Source: a virus
Strand: one strand, 5' to 3'
IMG/VR virus record: IMGVR_UViG_3300005683_000016
Location: 64,001 to 128,000 of that record
DNA length: 64,000 nt
The position numbers were made by a program, and so were the translations under genes. Every line of letters starts with the position of its first letter. The stretch's first letter is position 1. Below the pieces are notes generated by a model. The model saw only the letters and a program-made list of their open reading frames with translations, was not told the DNA's origin and searched no databases. Shown here piece after piece: positions 37,285 through 49,418 of this stretch.

Positions 37285-39582
37285 TTTTATATCCGTGTAT
37301 TATAGGATTTAAACAATTTTTCTCCACTTCTCCTGCGCACTGGTGCAGGCTGCAAAACGGCACTTATTCTGCAAAAGTAACTGATCTTCAATATGGGTAT
37401 ATTACTATTGAAAACAAAGTAGGAGTGAAAGGTTTTACAATCAAATATTATTCTATTGTTTATAACAACAACGATATACCTTACGATTTCAGTCACTATA
37501 TCAATGCTTTAGGAGAAATTACAGATTTAAATAGATTTCTAATAAAACATCCAGTAAGATCAATAAGTAATTTATATTCATAAAAACAGGTAGATGGAAA
37601 CATTTGACAGATACAATGAAAAAGGAAAGTCAGGAACAAGGATTATCGAAGTGAGTAAGTGTTGGGATTGTCCTTTTGCAAATTTTTCAAGGGGGCTTGG
37701 GTTTGGATTCTTTGTGACTTGTAAACTCACAGACAAAGATTATCACTTTGATGACAATGGTATCCACTTTTCAACACCACACGATTGTCCTTTAGAATTA
37801 AAAGAAGATTATTTAAAAGAAAATGACTTGGAACTACAGAATAGCAACTAAAATTGTAAAACCCGAAAACTCTAAAATGTATCCAACCGGATGGAGAGAG
37901 TTTTTAATTATAGAATGTTATTATGAAAACGGAATACCTACCTCTTATGTCGAAAGAAATCCTGTAGGTGGGTGGGAAGATATTAATGATCTAACAAATA
38001 CAATAAAAAAACTTTACGAGACAATTAATAAATACAAACCAATTATTGACTTAGATAACTTTCCGCATGAATTTACTGAAACTACTAATAGTTAGTCTAT
38101 TATTCTCTTCGTGTGTCATTTCTCAACCTAAATATCGGTTTTACTACTCTCCTTCAATGGAGAAGAAAATAGGTATTCAAGGTTATTGTAAAGTAGGAAA
38201 CAAAGTGTTTCCTGCAACACACATTATCGAACATAAATTAATTAGAAAAGATGCTCTCTTAGTAGGAGAGTCAGATACAATTTTTTATAATTACGATAAA
38301 ACAAAAGTAATATGGTCAAAATAGGAACATTTTATATTGATGAAGATTCAGGCGATGTTTATTTAACAAGTCAAGTTTCAGAAAATAACTTACTTTTTAT
38401 AAACATTAAATCAGCAAACAGGTATTCTGATTTTTCAATCAGACCTAACGAAGATCCTCCTAAAGAGTTTAAAAAGTTTTTTGGTGAAATTAGTATTCAA
38501 GTATATCAAAATGAAACTACAATTAAAATTGTAGAAGACAATTTTGAAGAAGTCCTTAAAGAAAAATACGCTCAAGGAATTACAAGAGATGAGATTCGTA
38601 AACTTTTAAAAGAATATCGAAAGGATGAACACCCAAACGTTTAATACTAAAGAAGAATTCTTTTTAGACATGCTTGAGTTTTATACTCAAGACACAGATA
38701 GAAGGTGTATTGATGAAAATGACAACTGTCTTTATTATTTTGAAGGTAAAGAAGGATGTGCCATCGGTAGATTTTTAGATAAAAAAGTTGCTCAAGATCT
38801 TGATGATGGAGAGTTAAAAATTCAAACTGCTATAAATAGAAATGTTGCAGGTATTCCCGAATGGATGCTCGGTCTTGAAGCAGTCTTTTTACAAGACATA
38901 CAACTATTCCATGATCAAGATATATATTGGGATTTAACGAACAAAACATTGTCTAATGAAGGAAAACAACAAGTTGAAAAAATTTTAAGAGATTACGATA
39001 TTAGTGAAGAAAAATTTAAAAATATATTGAATGAATGTAAACGAAGAATTTAAAGACTTATGTAAAGAAAATGAAATCCCTCTTAGTGAGGGATTTGTAT
39101 TTGGTATTTTTATAGATTTCAAAGATATTGTACCTGGACTGGAATCTTTAATTTGGAAAGATGATAATGGTGAAGGAATACTTAATTATGAAAGGTATCA
39201 ACCTCTTCAGATCAATCTTTGTACTACCAATCCTGAAACCTTAAAACCTGAACTTAAAGTACCTTTGTTCGGCGGAGTTGTGGACGGGGAGTATGAGATT
39301 TTTATCACTTCCGTCGTAGAACAAATTGGTTCTACAATTAAAGGAAAAGAAACCTCTTATTCATTATTTACAAAAGAAGGTATTGAAAAAAACTGTTTTT
39401 ATAAAGTAAAAAACAGTATTGAAAACTTTGACTTAAATCGTTTGGTTAAAAGTATTGTCCTTTATTATGGACAGACCATGATGGCCAAACAATTGGGTAA
39501 TTATCTTAGAAGTGAGGAATGTTTAATTAACTATAAAACACTTCAAGAAGAAAATTATGGAAGACTTCTTAATAAGGGTTGA
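37260..39582 (+). other. Run of seven hypothetical CDSs (37260, 37594, 37823, 38067, 38312, 38625, 39031)
   Basis: Overlapping start/stop packing. Confidence 0.6.
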
Positions 39583-40690
39583 AGAAGGAAGGAAAGGCTT
39601 GAATGAAGGATTACTTACTGATCCTCCAATATTTTCAGAGGCGATTAACAACATTCAAAAAAAAATGATTTATGTTGTATTTGCAGCACCTAAAGCATTT
39701 AAGACTAAGTTTGTAGACTCTTTCTTTGTCCTTCACCCTTTCTTGAAAAACCCAAACAAAAACATTGAATGGGATTACTTTAGTTTTGAAATAGACAGAA
39801 TAAATAAAGTTGCAGATTGGATTGCCTTTTTCTTTTGGACAGATTATAAAATAAAATATAGTTCAAATCACATTTTATTTAGAGGAATACATAAAGTTAA
39901 AGATGAACATCTTAAACTTATGGATGAAATTCTTACAAAAAGAATTATTCCTTTGATGGGAAATTATAATGCTAAAGGAGAGAAAACAAGTCAAGGTAAA
40001 CTTAATTTTGTGGAAGATAGAGAAAATCCCACAGGGGTCAGAAATTATCTTTTGTCTAAAATTAAAGCAGAAGGAGAGATGGTTTATGAAGATTATGAAA
40101 TGGAGGAAGAAGGTAAAACAGTAAAGAAAAAAAGACTTACTGGATTTCACCATTCTAATCCTGAAAAGTACAGAATCGTAATAACTGATCACATCAGGAA
40201 ACTAAAGAGAGAAAGAGGCTTTACTATGAAAGAGAATATGGACAAATATTCTGACTACCAGGTTAGTTTAAGAAACATATTTGGATACACATTTGTAAAT
40301 ATCGTTCACTCTAATAGAGCAATATCGGACACTTCCAGAGTTTCTTTGAACGAAGGTAAATATCTAACTCCCCACTTAGACGATATAAAAGATTCTGGCA
40401 ATATAGGTGAAGATTTATCAGTAGCAATTTCTTTGCTTAATCCTGAAGCATATAAGATTAGAAATCACTTTGACTACAATGTTGCTGAATGGCAAGGTAT
40501 GTATAGAAGCCTTCATTTAATTGCTTCAAGAGATACTGAAGCACCTAAAGACATGGCTTTAATTGGAGATGGTGCTAATAATTTTTTTAAGGCTCTTCCG
40601 TCTCCTACTGATAGAGAGGAACTAATCAAGTTTAAGAAGATGTTTAGTGCGTACAGAGCGCTTCCTTTTGGAGAAGTATTTAATGTGTAG
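39557..40690 (+). CDS. Replicative helicase, DnaB-like
   Basis: AAPKAFKT (divergent Walker A), YFSFE, ITDH, DIKDSGNIGED. Confidence 0.75.
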   Translation: MEDFLIRVEEGRKGLNEGLLTDPPIFSEAINNIQKKMIYVVFAAPKAFKTKFVDSFFVLHPFLKNPNKNIEWDYFSFEIDRINKVADWIAFFFWTDYKIKYSSNHILFRGIHKVKDEHLKLMDEILTKRIIPLMGNYNAKGEKTSQGKLNFVEDRENPTGVRNYLLSKIKAEGEMVYEDYEMEEEGKTVKKKRLTGFHHSNPEKYRIVITDHIRKLKRERGFTMKENMDKYSDYQVSLRNIFGYTFVNIVHSNRAISDTSRVSLNEGKYLTPHLDDIKDSGNIGEDLSVAISLLNPEAYKIRNHFDYNVAEWQGMYRSLHLIASRDTEAPKDMALIGDGANNFFKALPSPTDREELIKFKKMFSAYRALPFGEVFNV

Positions 40691-41119
40691 ATTATGAGTG
40701 GCGAAACGATTGGAATGATATTATAGATTTACACTTTAATAGAAACTCATCCGATGGAATTGCTGCCATTCATACAAGTTGTTGGGATGGTGAAATTCCA
40801 AAAAAACAAAGTGAAGACGACCCTGAACAAGGACGGGGTAAAATAAAAAGGGCTAAATCAAAAATCAGTTTTCATAAATTTTATAAAACAATAGAAAAAT
40901 GATACCTTACCCTGAAAATAAACCAACAGATTATGGAATGTATGAAGTCCAACTATCTGACAATTCTATTACAATAGGAAAATGGAATGGATGTGGATGG
41001 GTCAATCCAAGATTTAATACCACTGTGGTTAAATTTAATCCTCATCGAAAAGACAATCCTGTTCAGATATGGACATTTGATAAAGTAACTAAACAATTAA
41101 TAAAAATATAAAATATACA

Positions 41120-41809
41120 ATGTTTCAAAAAGCAGAAAGAGGAACACGAGTTCCTAAAATTCTTTTAACTGGCCCTGCTGGTGCTGGTAAAACAAAAAGT
41201 GCTCTTTATCTAATGCAGGGTCTTATAGGTAAGGGGAAAATTGCATTGGTGGATTCTGAGAACAACTCAGCAACTATTTATGCAAACGAGTTTGATTTTC
41301 TACATGCCAATATTCCTCCAGAAAAACAACATATCAACGGGTATATTGAATTTATGGTAGAAGCATTTAATGCTGGTGTTGACGGACTTGTTATTGACTC
41401 TATTAGTCCTGCTTGGGACAATCTTGTTGCTCTTGCAAATAATATGCAGGGAAATTCTTTTACAAATTGGGGTAAATTGACTCCGCTACAGAAATTGTTT
41501 GGTCAAAAAATTGTGGGTTTTCCCAAACCTTTGATCTGTACGGCTCGAAGTAAGCAATCTTATGTTCTTGAAGCAAACGCTCAAGGTAAAATGGTTCCTA
41601 AAAAAGTAGGACTTGAGGTTGTACAGGGAAAAGACATTGACTATGAATTTGACATTGTGTTTGCAATAGATCAATCTACTCATAATGCTAAGATTGATAA
41701 ATGTCGTTATACGGAAATTGAGACTTACTTTGCTGAACGTGGTGGAGAAGTAAAACTTTCTGTAGAATTGGGAGAATTTATCAATAAAGTTCTTAAATCC
41801 AATGGATAA
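41120..41809 (+). CDS. AAA ATPase (Sak4/AAA_24-like)
   Basis: GPAGAGKT, IALVDSE, VIDSIS, YEFD. Confidence 0.85.
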   Translation: MFQKAERGTRVPKILLTGPAGAGKTKSALYLMQGLIGKGKIALVDSENNSATIYANEFDFLHANIPPEKQHINGYIEFMVEAFNAGVDGLVIDSISPAWDNLVALANNMQGNSFTNWGKLTPLQKLFGQKIVGFPKPLICTARSKQSYVLEANAQGKMVPKKVGLEVVQGKDIDYEFDIVFAIDQSTHNAKIDKCRYTEIETYFAERGGEVKLSVELGEFINKVLKSNG

Positions 41810-42023
41810 AGTTTATGTAGTCTTTAATATTAACGGAGATATTATAGGTGTTGCTAATTCTTATTAAAACCTATACAATGACTTGGGAAGAATATCTCGA
41901 AATAAAGAACCTCCTAACTCAATGGGAGTTAGAAGACGAATTTAGTTATCAATCAGACAAATTAGATAAAGAACAAAACATTTTTGAATATTAAAATTAA
42001 AACTGATTATTAATCACAACAAA

Positions 42024-42380
42024 ATGGCACAATTTAAATTTAGTCAAGAAGCAAAACAAATTTTTATTGATTGTTACAACAATCCAGAAATTCCCTCTAT
42101 TAATCTTCACAAAGAAATTACCCTTAAACTTCACGAAGAAGGATTTCTTCAACCCGATGTAGAACTGTCTAAAGACCTTGTAAGGGAGGCTTTGGAGAAT
42201 AAGTTAGGATTAGTTTATCGTAAACGTCCTCGTAAAAAATCTGAAGAAATTTCAATTTCTTTTGAAGGGGATGAGGTAACAGTTGTTGATACTGAAGAAG
42301 TAGAAGAACTGGATGACGTAGAAGATACACAACCTCAAGTTTGGGAACCTCGTCAAGAACCTGTAAAATTTGAATTTTAA
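42024..42380 (+). CDS. Hypothetical protein, acidic tail
   Basis: ORF track. Confidence 0.65.
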   Translation: MAQFKFSQEAKQIFIDCYNNPEIPSINLHKEITLKLHEEGFLQPDVELSKDLVREALENKLGLVYRKRPRKKSEEISISFEGDEVTVVDTEEVEELDDVEDTQPQVWEPRQEPVKFEF

Positions 42381-42423
42381 AAAAATAACTAATTTATATA
42401 ATTATTAACAATAATAACAATTT

Positions 42424-43104
42424 ATGCAAGAACAACAACAGAATCAACAACAGAGTATGATGGATGTTTTCACTTCTACTGGTGGAAGCAAAACAATTTT
42501 TAAGTTTGGACTTAACGAAGGAGTTAAGATCAAAGAGTGGACTATTAATCACGGTGCTGATAACAGCGCTTTGAAAGTAGTTTATTCTAAACCTAATCCT
42601 GGTGAAGAAGGCTCTACAATTATTCAATTTATGAACTTCCCTAAACCCAAAATGGGGGAGACAGCAGTAAATCCTGTTGCAATTACTACCTTTCTGAATC
42701 AAATTCGTAGTTTGGTGGGTCAGTTTGCAAATGTCGCAGATATTAAGGCTGCTGAAAATCAAGGTGCTGTACTTGCTTGTCAAGAACTTAAAATTGACAC
42801 TATCGCACAAATTACTCAAAGTATGTCTATGTGTCACCAAGCCCTTGCTACAATTCTTCGTAGTATGTTTCAACTGGCTGAAACCAAGGGACTTTATCAA
42901 CTTGAAGGAAGTCTTGTTCTTGGTTACAATAAAAATGGATACCTAACACCTCCTAATTGGGGTGAGGGTGGAGTTTGGAGTTCTCCCTTTTATATTGGTG
43001 GGATTCCTGTTGTTCCTGCTGCAAGTGAAAAGTTTCTTCATGTGCGTCCTGTAAAACAATCTGCTACACAACCTGCTGAAACTACATCTACTCCAGGATG
43101 GTAG
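42424..43104 (+). CDS. Putative ssDNA-binding protein
   Basis: Position between ATPase and primase; low-complexity tail ending in W. Confidence 0.4.
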   Translation: MQEQQQNQQQSMMDVFTSTGGSKTIFKFGLNEGVKIKEWTINHGADNSALKVVYSKPNPGEEGSTIIQFMNFPKPKMGETAVNPVAITTFLNQIRSLVGQFANVADIKAAENQGAVLACQELKIDTIAQITQSMSMCHQALATILRSMFQLAETKGLYQLEGSLVLGYNKNGYLTPPNWGEGGVWSSPFYIGGIPVVPAASEKFLHVRPVKQSATQPAETTSTPGW

Positions 43105-43551
43105 AGTATAACTAATTAACCTTTAACACAGCCCTAAATAGGATCACAAGCAGGACATGTACTGATAGCCTAACTTGTGTTAAGGTAGAGTGGCGATCTA
43201 TCCCGGCTGTATTTTTTTTAACTATTATGGATACACCAATGTTAAAAAAACTTAGAGAGTATTTAAGGATTACTCCTAAAAAACAAAAGGAGCAAGATTG
43301 GAAAGAGGTTAAGGAGATGGGATTAAAAGGTGTTACCGCAGAAGAACTTATTAATAACACTTATTTTAGGTTAGTGTGGTGTTTTGTAAATGACGAAAAA
43401 AATATTTATTACGGGACACCTATAAAAAACAGTTGGTATGGAACTCCTGATGTATATGGTAATACATCACTCTTAGAAATGTGGAGAACACAATGTGAAA
43501 TTGCAAACAAACAATACCCTCATTTAAAACATTGGATTGAACTTGTAAATA

Positions 43552-44487
43552 ATGCTTGATGAATTCAGGTATATCCCTTATCAGGAACTACTACTAAAAA
43601 TAGATCAGTTTCAAGTCTGGAGGTATCTAATAGGTAATATAGAGATTGGAGATTTTTTTTTAAATCCCTTTAGGAATGATCGTTCTAAAGGGAGTTGTTG
43701 TCTTTATTGGACAGGAGAAGTCCTTAGATTAAAGGACTTCGCTGATACTTCTACTGATAAGATGGACTGTATCCGAGGATATATGAGAATGTATCCAAAT
43801 TTAAGTTGGAATCAAGTATGTTCCAATTTGATTAATCTTACTATTCCAAAGTTAACTACTTCTTCTTACAAAATACTTCCAGGAATAGTAAAGACTGAAT
43901 ACGAACTATTTTACAAAGAATGGACAAACGATTTAGAATATTGGATTAATAGAGGTGTGACAATAGATCAACTCAATCGAAAGGAAACTTTAGTTAAGCC
44001 TATAAATGGTTTTATCCAAAAAGGAAAATTTACTCAAGAGACTCATTTTAATGATCTTGTTTTTGTATATCATTTTGATACTCGAATTAAAATCTATTTT
44101 CCTACTCGATCAAAACCAAGGTTTATAGGTAATGCTAAAGGATCAGACTTGTGGCATCTTAGAAGAGGATCTGATACACTGGTAATTCAAAAGTCTCACA
44201 AAGATTTTCTTATACTTGAGAATCTTTGTGACTACGATTTATTAGTAACTCAAAATGAAACTCCTGTTCTTTCTTCAGATACGATGTTTGATCTTGAAAC
44301 GTATAGTAAGGTCTTAATTTGGTACGATCCTGATCCAGCAGGAGTAGAGGGTGCTAACAAGTTAAAAAATCAGTTTATCTATACTCCTGTAAAGATTATT
44401 ACTTCTTCAGGAGGAAAAGATCTTGACGAAATGTATATAAATCATGGAGAAAAGTATTGTTTAAATTTTATAAAAAACAATCTATGA
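43552..44487 (+). CDS. DNA primase (TOPRIM)
   Basis: NPFRND, KDF, KSHKD, WYDPDPAG, KDLDE. Confidence 0.8.
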   Translation: MLDEFRYIPYQELLLKIDQFQVWRYLIGNIEIGDFFLNPFRNDRSKGSCCLYWTGEVLRLKDFADTSTDKMDCIRGYMRMYPNLSWNQVCSNLINLTIPKLTTSSYKILPGIVKTEYELFYKEWTNDLEYWINRGVTIDQLNRKETLVKPINGFIQKGKFTQETHFNDLVFVYHFDTRIKIYFPTRSKPRFIGNAKGSDLWHLRRGSDTLVIQKSHKDFLILENLCDYDLLVTQNETPVLSSDTMFDLETYSKVLIWYDPDPAGVEGANKLKNQFIYTPVKIITSSGGKDLDEMYINHGEKYCLNFIKNNL

Positions 44488-44622
44488 TAGAAATTTTAAA
44501 ATTCATGTTTAGTAATGTATGGATATTTTTTGGATGTTTGGTATTATGGATAAGTACATTAGTCATAATGTTTAAAGGTATAGAAGATATTATACTTGCT
44601 ATTAAACAACAACCAGAAGATT

Positions 44623-46116
44623 ATGACTGAAAAACAATTCAAATCAGAAGTAGAACAAGACTGTGCATATCTTGAAATTGATTTCACAGACGAAACTTAT
44701 TTATGTGCAAAATGTGGTTCACCAGATATTGATGGACAACAATGGGTAGGAGTAAACACGGGTTTTATAGGAGAAATTATCGACGAAGATGAAATTTGGT
44801 GTAACAACTGTGAACAAAAGGTGGAAATGGAGCAATATGCTACTTTTCTTAAAGAAAAATTGTATGAAAATTTGTAATTATGTTTAACCTCCCCCCTAAT
44901 AAAATCAAAACCGTGTTCATAGTATCAAAAGAAAAGGAAGATGGTTTTCTTTCTTTTATGTTTGATTTTGGACAAAGTTGGGTCGAAAGAGACTTTGACT
45001 TCTTATTTAAAAAATTAGAACCTCACGGAGTTCTATTATTGAGAGAAAATGACAGTAGATTATCAAAAGTTTTTCAAAAGTTGTATGATGTGGTTGGGGT
45101 TACTTATTATACTGTTGGTGCAGAGCACCTGCTTGGCACTTCCACAGTAGATCCCTTTATTCACAATTTATTTACCACAAGTAAGCAGTGGAAAGAGTTT
45201 GAACACTGCTTTAAAAACCAACATGGTATCACATTTAAACAACTATTAAATGAGTAAAGAAGAAAAATTTAGACAAGTTGTTGTCGAATGTATAAATCAA
45301 CAACTTCTTCCTTATGATTTAACTTACGACGATGTTAAAAAAGGAGGTCAAAAAGAGTTTATTAAAGTGTTTAAACCTAAACTAAATACTTTGTGGGGAT
45401 TTATCAAATACCCCACCTTTTATGAAAAAGTACCTTGGTATCAATATTACACTTTTAAGACCAAAGAACAGTTTGAAGATTGGAAAACTTTTTGTATCCT
45501 TAAAATAATGAAATGTGGATACACCAAAGCACAAGCAGAGTTTGAATTTTCTTGGCTTAATCTAAATTGGGGTTTAAAAGAAGAATACTTGTATGCCAAA
45601 GTTTAAAATTAACTGTACTGTTCTTGGTAAAGAATATAACGTAACTATAGAAGCAAAAGACTCTGCTGAAGCACAGCGTATATTGTTTCAAGAGATAGCA
45701 AAAGCAACTGTAATTAATTCTATACAAGAACAGACTTCCGAGAAATCTAAAGATTTTAATATTGGAGACATTTTTAACTTTTTAAAATGATAATTCACGA
45801 CAAACTAATTGAACCTTTTGTAATTGAGATTACAGAAGATCAGTATATTCTTAAAGAAATTAAACCTATAGATACTTCTCACCATAAGAGTAAGGGAGAA
45901 GAAGGAGAGAGGGAAGTTATTCATGGTTATTTTGTAGAGTTAAGTCCGATAGTTAAAAAAATTATCAGATTGAAACTCGCAAAAGAAGAGAGTGTAGTAA
46001 CTCTTAAGGAGTTTGCTACCAAGTGGGTAGATTTTTACATAAAGTTTAACGAATTATTTAATGATAAAGTATATCAAGGGGAATCTGATCCAGATGTTCA
46101 AGGAGAATCAATTTGA
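44623..46116 (+). other. Run of hypothetical CDSs (44623 Zn-finger, 44880, 45250, 45593, 45787)
   Basis: ORF track; CAKCGS...WCNNC in the first. Confidence 0.6.
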
Positions 46117-46549
46117 CTATCTCTTACATCAGTGTAATTGTTTTAATTCAGGAGTAGGTTTTGCTGGAGCACTTTTTAACGAGTATCCAGATACTAAACC
46201 TTTACCTCAGTATTCATACACACATGTTCGACTTGGTACAAACGATTACAAACCTACTCTGAACGGAATGATAGTGAATATGTTTTCACAATACAATCCC
46301 GGAGGCTGTACCGACACTGGTGTAGATTCTTTTCCTATCAGAATTAAAGCATTAGAATTATGTCTAAAGGAAATAAACGATTCAATAAGCGTATATGCAA
46401 AGATAGGAATGCCCTTAATTGCATCAGGAATTGCAGCAGATAAAGTAAACAAACAAGGTAAAACTGATTTAGAATACTTTTTACGTTATATTGCTCCGTT
46501 AGTAAACCATTGTTTACCCGATAGAGATATAACTGTAGTATACCTATAA
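46061..46549 (+). CDS. Macrodomain protein (ADP-ribose hydrolase-like)
   Basis: IKGNLI, HQCNCF..GVGFA, IVNMFSQY, MPLIASGIA. Confidence 0.75.
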   Translation: MIKYIKGNLIQMFKENQFDYLLHQCNCFNSGVGFAGALFNEYPDTKPLPQYSYTHVRLGTNDYKPTLNGMIVNMFSQYNPGGCTDTGVDSFPIRIKALELCLKEINDSISVYAKIGMPLIASGIAADKVNKQGKTDLEYFLRYIAPLVNHCLPDRDITVVYL

Positions 46550-46650
46550 ATTATGAACAGTTAAGTAGACTTACATAATTATAAAAATGTTTTTTGGTGC
46601 TAATATTGATATAAAGAAATTTCGCTTTATCTTTGCATCAAAACATTTTT

Positions 46651-47712
46651 ATGAGAGATTTAATTTTACAACTGTTAGTTTTAGAACATCACTGTCATCT
46701 GTATAAAACAGGTATATATAAAATAATAAACAAGAGAACTAATAAATTTTATATAGGATCTGCCAGTAGAGAAGGAAATAAAAAACCTTGTGATAATGGT
46801 TTTTATGCAAGATTCTATGAACATCTTTGCAGACTAAAGAAGAACAAGCACAATAGTATTTATTTACAAAGATCTTGGAATAAGTATAATATTCAAGATT
46901 GGAAAATAGAAATACTTGAAGTATGTGATAAGCAAGATTGCGTAATTAAAGAGCAATATTATCTAAATAACTTGTTATTTGCTGAAGAATTTATTAAAAG
47001 TAAAGGAAAGGATAGGAGATTCTTAAACTTAGGATACAATGTCAGCCCCTCTTCTATAAGACCTGTTAGAAATAGAAAAAATTATAAAAAAGTATATCAA
47101 TATGATTTAGAAGGAAACCTTATTAGAGGATGGGAATCTTTGACAAAGGCTGCTGAGTTTTACGACGACGTGTGTTCTAATATAATTAGAAGTTGTAAAA
47201 AAGGAACAACTTGTAAAGGATATAGATGGAAATATGAAAAAGAAAGAAAGTTAAAATTTTCAGATAAAAATCCAATTTATTTATTTTATGAAACTGGCGA
47301 GTTTTATAAATATTTTTCTTCTTATGAAGAAGTAATACATTATTTTAAAACTCAGTTTGATATTACGTTACAGAAACAAGTTATTAGAAAATCAATACGA
47401 GGACTTGTCAATATTTATAGAGGGTTTATTTGGAAAAACTCTAATACTATTACAGTAAAAGATGTAGAAAAAAACGCTATTGTGTTTAAAAACAAAAAAT
47501 TTGTTGGAGTCTACAGCACTTTAAAAACCCTAAGAAAATTAAACTTGATACCTCATTGTAATTGGAACATGGGGTATACTAATCACTATGGGTATATTAA
47601 AACAAAGTCAGGATATGAAGTTTTTAAAAGATGTTCCGTTGAGATTTATACAGATATAGAGAAATATTATGAACTATTACCAAACATTACAAAATCTGCA
47701 CGACTATCTTAA
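46651..47712 (+). CDS. GIY-YIG homing endonuclease
   Basis: TGIYKI...FYIGSA; VYQYDLEGNLI; TATCTTTG element at 46628-46635. Confidence 0.85.
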   Translation: MRDLILQLLVLEHHCHLYKTGIYKIINKRTNKFYIGSASREGNKKPCDNGFYARFYEHLCRLKKNKHNSIYLQRSWNKYNIQDWKIEILEVCDKQDCVIKEQYYLNNLLFAEEFIKSKGKDRRFLNLGYNVSPSSIRPVRNRKNYKKVYQYDLEGNLIRGWESLTKAAEFYDDVCSNIIRSCKKGTTCKGYRWKYEKERKLKFSDKNPIYLFYETGEFYKYFSSYEEVIHYFKTQFDITLQKQVIRKSIRGLVNIYRGFIWKNSNTITVKDVEKNAIVFKNKKFVGVYSTLKTLRKLNLIPHCNWNMGYTNHYGYIKTKSGYEVFKRCSVEIYTDIEKYYELLPNITKSARLS

Positions 47713-48724
47713 TAGTTCTGCAATTAATCAGTCTTTTTTAAAATTAGTATTATCTAACAGAGTAAACACAAAGTTTAAGGAAACTCCTTTACTTGCAATC
47801 GGCTCTTACGTGGACTGTCTTTTGACCTCACCTCATCTTAAAGAAGACCTGTTTATAGACGATCTTGATAAAAGACCTTCTGAAACCATCAGGGGGTTTT
47901 TGATTCAACTTAGAGATATTCTTTTGTCTACAGAATCTTCCATAGGAGAACTCAAGGATCACAAAGACTTAGTGATTCAAATTGCAAAAGACGCTAACTA
48001 CAATTCTAAATGGGGTGATGACGCCATTTGGAACGCTATTGAAAAGGATGGAAGTACTTATTGGGAATTTCTTCTTAAAAGTAATGGAAAATCAATCCTT
48101 ACTAAGGAGGAGAAAGAGTTATCTAACAGAGTAGTTAGTTTAACGTTAGACCATTATGTTACAGGAAAGTATTTTATTGAACAGCCCAATGTAGATAAGT
48201 ATTTTCAAAAAGACATTTATTGGACATATAATGGATTAAATTGTAAAGGTCTTATAGACTTACTTATTGTAGAGCACGAGACTAAATCCATCTATCTAAT
48301 AGATATTAAATCAACCACCGTCTCATCTATCGAGGAATGGTTTAGAGTTTGTAAGTCTAAAAACTATCCTTTTCAACTTGCTTTTTATAAGGAAGGAATT
48401 GAACAAAATTTTAACTTGGAAGGCTATACTGTTTATTGTAGATGGATGGTTCTTCCTTTAAAAGGAGAGATATTTAAACCTTGGATTATTCCCTGTACAG
48501 ATTTAATGTTAGAAGTAGGAAAATACGGCTATGAGGAGGAAAAGAAAATTTATGTTCAAGGGAGTAAGTATCTTTCTGATGTAAGTTATCCTGGTTATAA
48601 TACAGCGATAAATAACTACTTATGGGCTACACGAGCAGGATTAAAAGACTTTGACATCCTTTATGACACTGAGGGTGGAAAAATGGGTGAGTTTACAGCA
48701 GATCAGTATTTTATAACTAAATAA
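47669..48724 (+). CDS. PD-(D/E)XK exonuclease (Exo VIII/DUF3799-like)
   Basis: INQSFLK, GSYVD, CKGLIDLL, IDIKST, YPFQLAFY. Confidence 0.8.
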   Translation: MNYYQTLQNLHDYLNSSAINQSFLKLVLSNRVNTKFKETPLLAIGSYVDCLLTSPHLKEDLFIDDLDKRPSETIRGFLIQLRDILLSTESSIGELKDHKDLVIQIAKDANYNSKWGDDAIWNAIEKDGSTYWEFLLKSNGKSILTKEEKELSNRVVSLTLDHYVTGKYFIEQPNVDKYFQKDIYWTYNGLNCKGLIDLLIVEHETKSIYLIDIKSTTVSSIEEWFRVCKSKNYPFQLAFYKEGIEQNFNLEGYTVYCRWMVLPLKGEIFKPWIIPCTDLMLEVGKYGYEEEKKIYVQGSKYLSDVSYPGYNTAINNYLWATRAGLKDFDILYDTEGGKMGEFTADQYFITK

Positions 48725-48731
48725 AAAATGT

Positions 48732-49418
48732 GTGTATACGAGAAATCAGACCACTAAATACCTTTTACCATGTGTTAATACGTTTGGGTCAACTTTTTTC
48801 AAAGAGTTGGACTCATTAACTAATTACGCTCTTGGTCACACTATTCTCAGTAGTGCGACTCAAATAGGAATAGGAGACGCTCTTTATTTCCGAGCAAAGA
48901 AATTTCCCAAAAAAAGTCTTTTATTCATAGTCTTTGACACTTTAGGGCCTTACAATGACCATAAAAATTTCTACATAGATGTAAACAAGGGAAAGTTGAG
49001 ATTTCAAAACTTTCTTTCTTATGTAAGGAACACATCTTTTTATGTAGATGATTACTGGTTCAATAAAAACCAGCATTGTGTTGTATTTAATCTTGCAAAG
49101 TTTGAACACAGTTACAACATGTTCTTAAAGTCACGTTACTCTTTAATGTATACTTTAGAGCAGATTAAACAACTCCAAATTCCTGCCAAGATTAAAAAAA
49201 AAGATCGAGAATATGATGGAGGAGTATATACCGTGCTTACAAAAGGAAAGTCTGGTAAAACTTTTCTTAAATCTGTAGTAGAAGAAAAGTTTGGTGTTAC
49301 TGCCATTGCAGATAACCCACTGGAGTACGATATAAATTGGCTTCCTCAAGATGAGATTTTTTTATGGGAACTATTAGATGAACAAGAAAAACAAAAAATT
49401 TATGACCTTAAGTGTTAG
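48732..49418 (+). CDS. Hypothetical phage protein
   Basis: ORF track. Confidence 0.65.
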   Translation: MYTRNQTTKYLLPCVNTFGSTFFKELDSLTNYALGHTILSSATQIGIGDALYFRAKKFPKKSLLFIVFDTLGPYNDHKNFYIDVNKGKLRFQNFLSYVRNTSFYVDDYWFNKNQHCVVFNLAKFEHSYNMFLKSRYSLMYTLEQIKQLQIPAKIKKKDREYDGGVYTVLTKGKSGKTFLKSVVEEKFGVTAIADNPLEYDINWLPQDEIFLWELLDEQEKQKIYDLKC

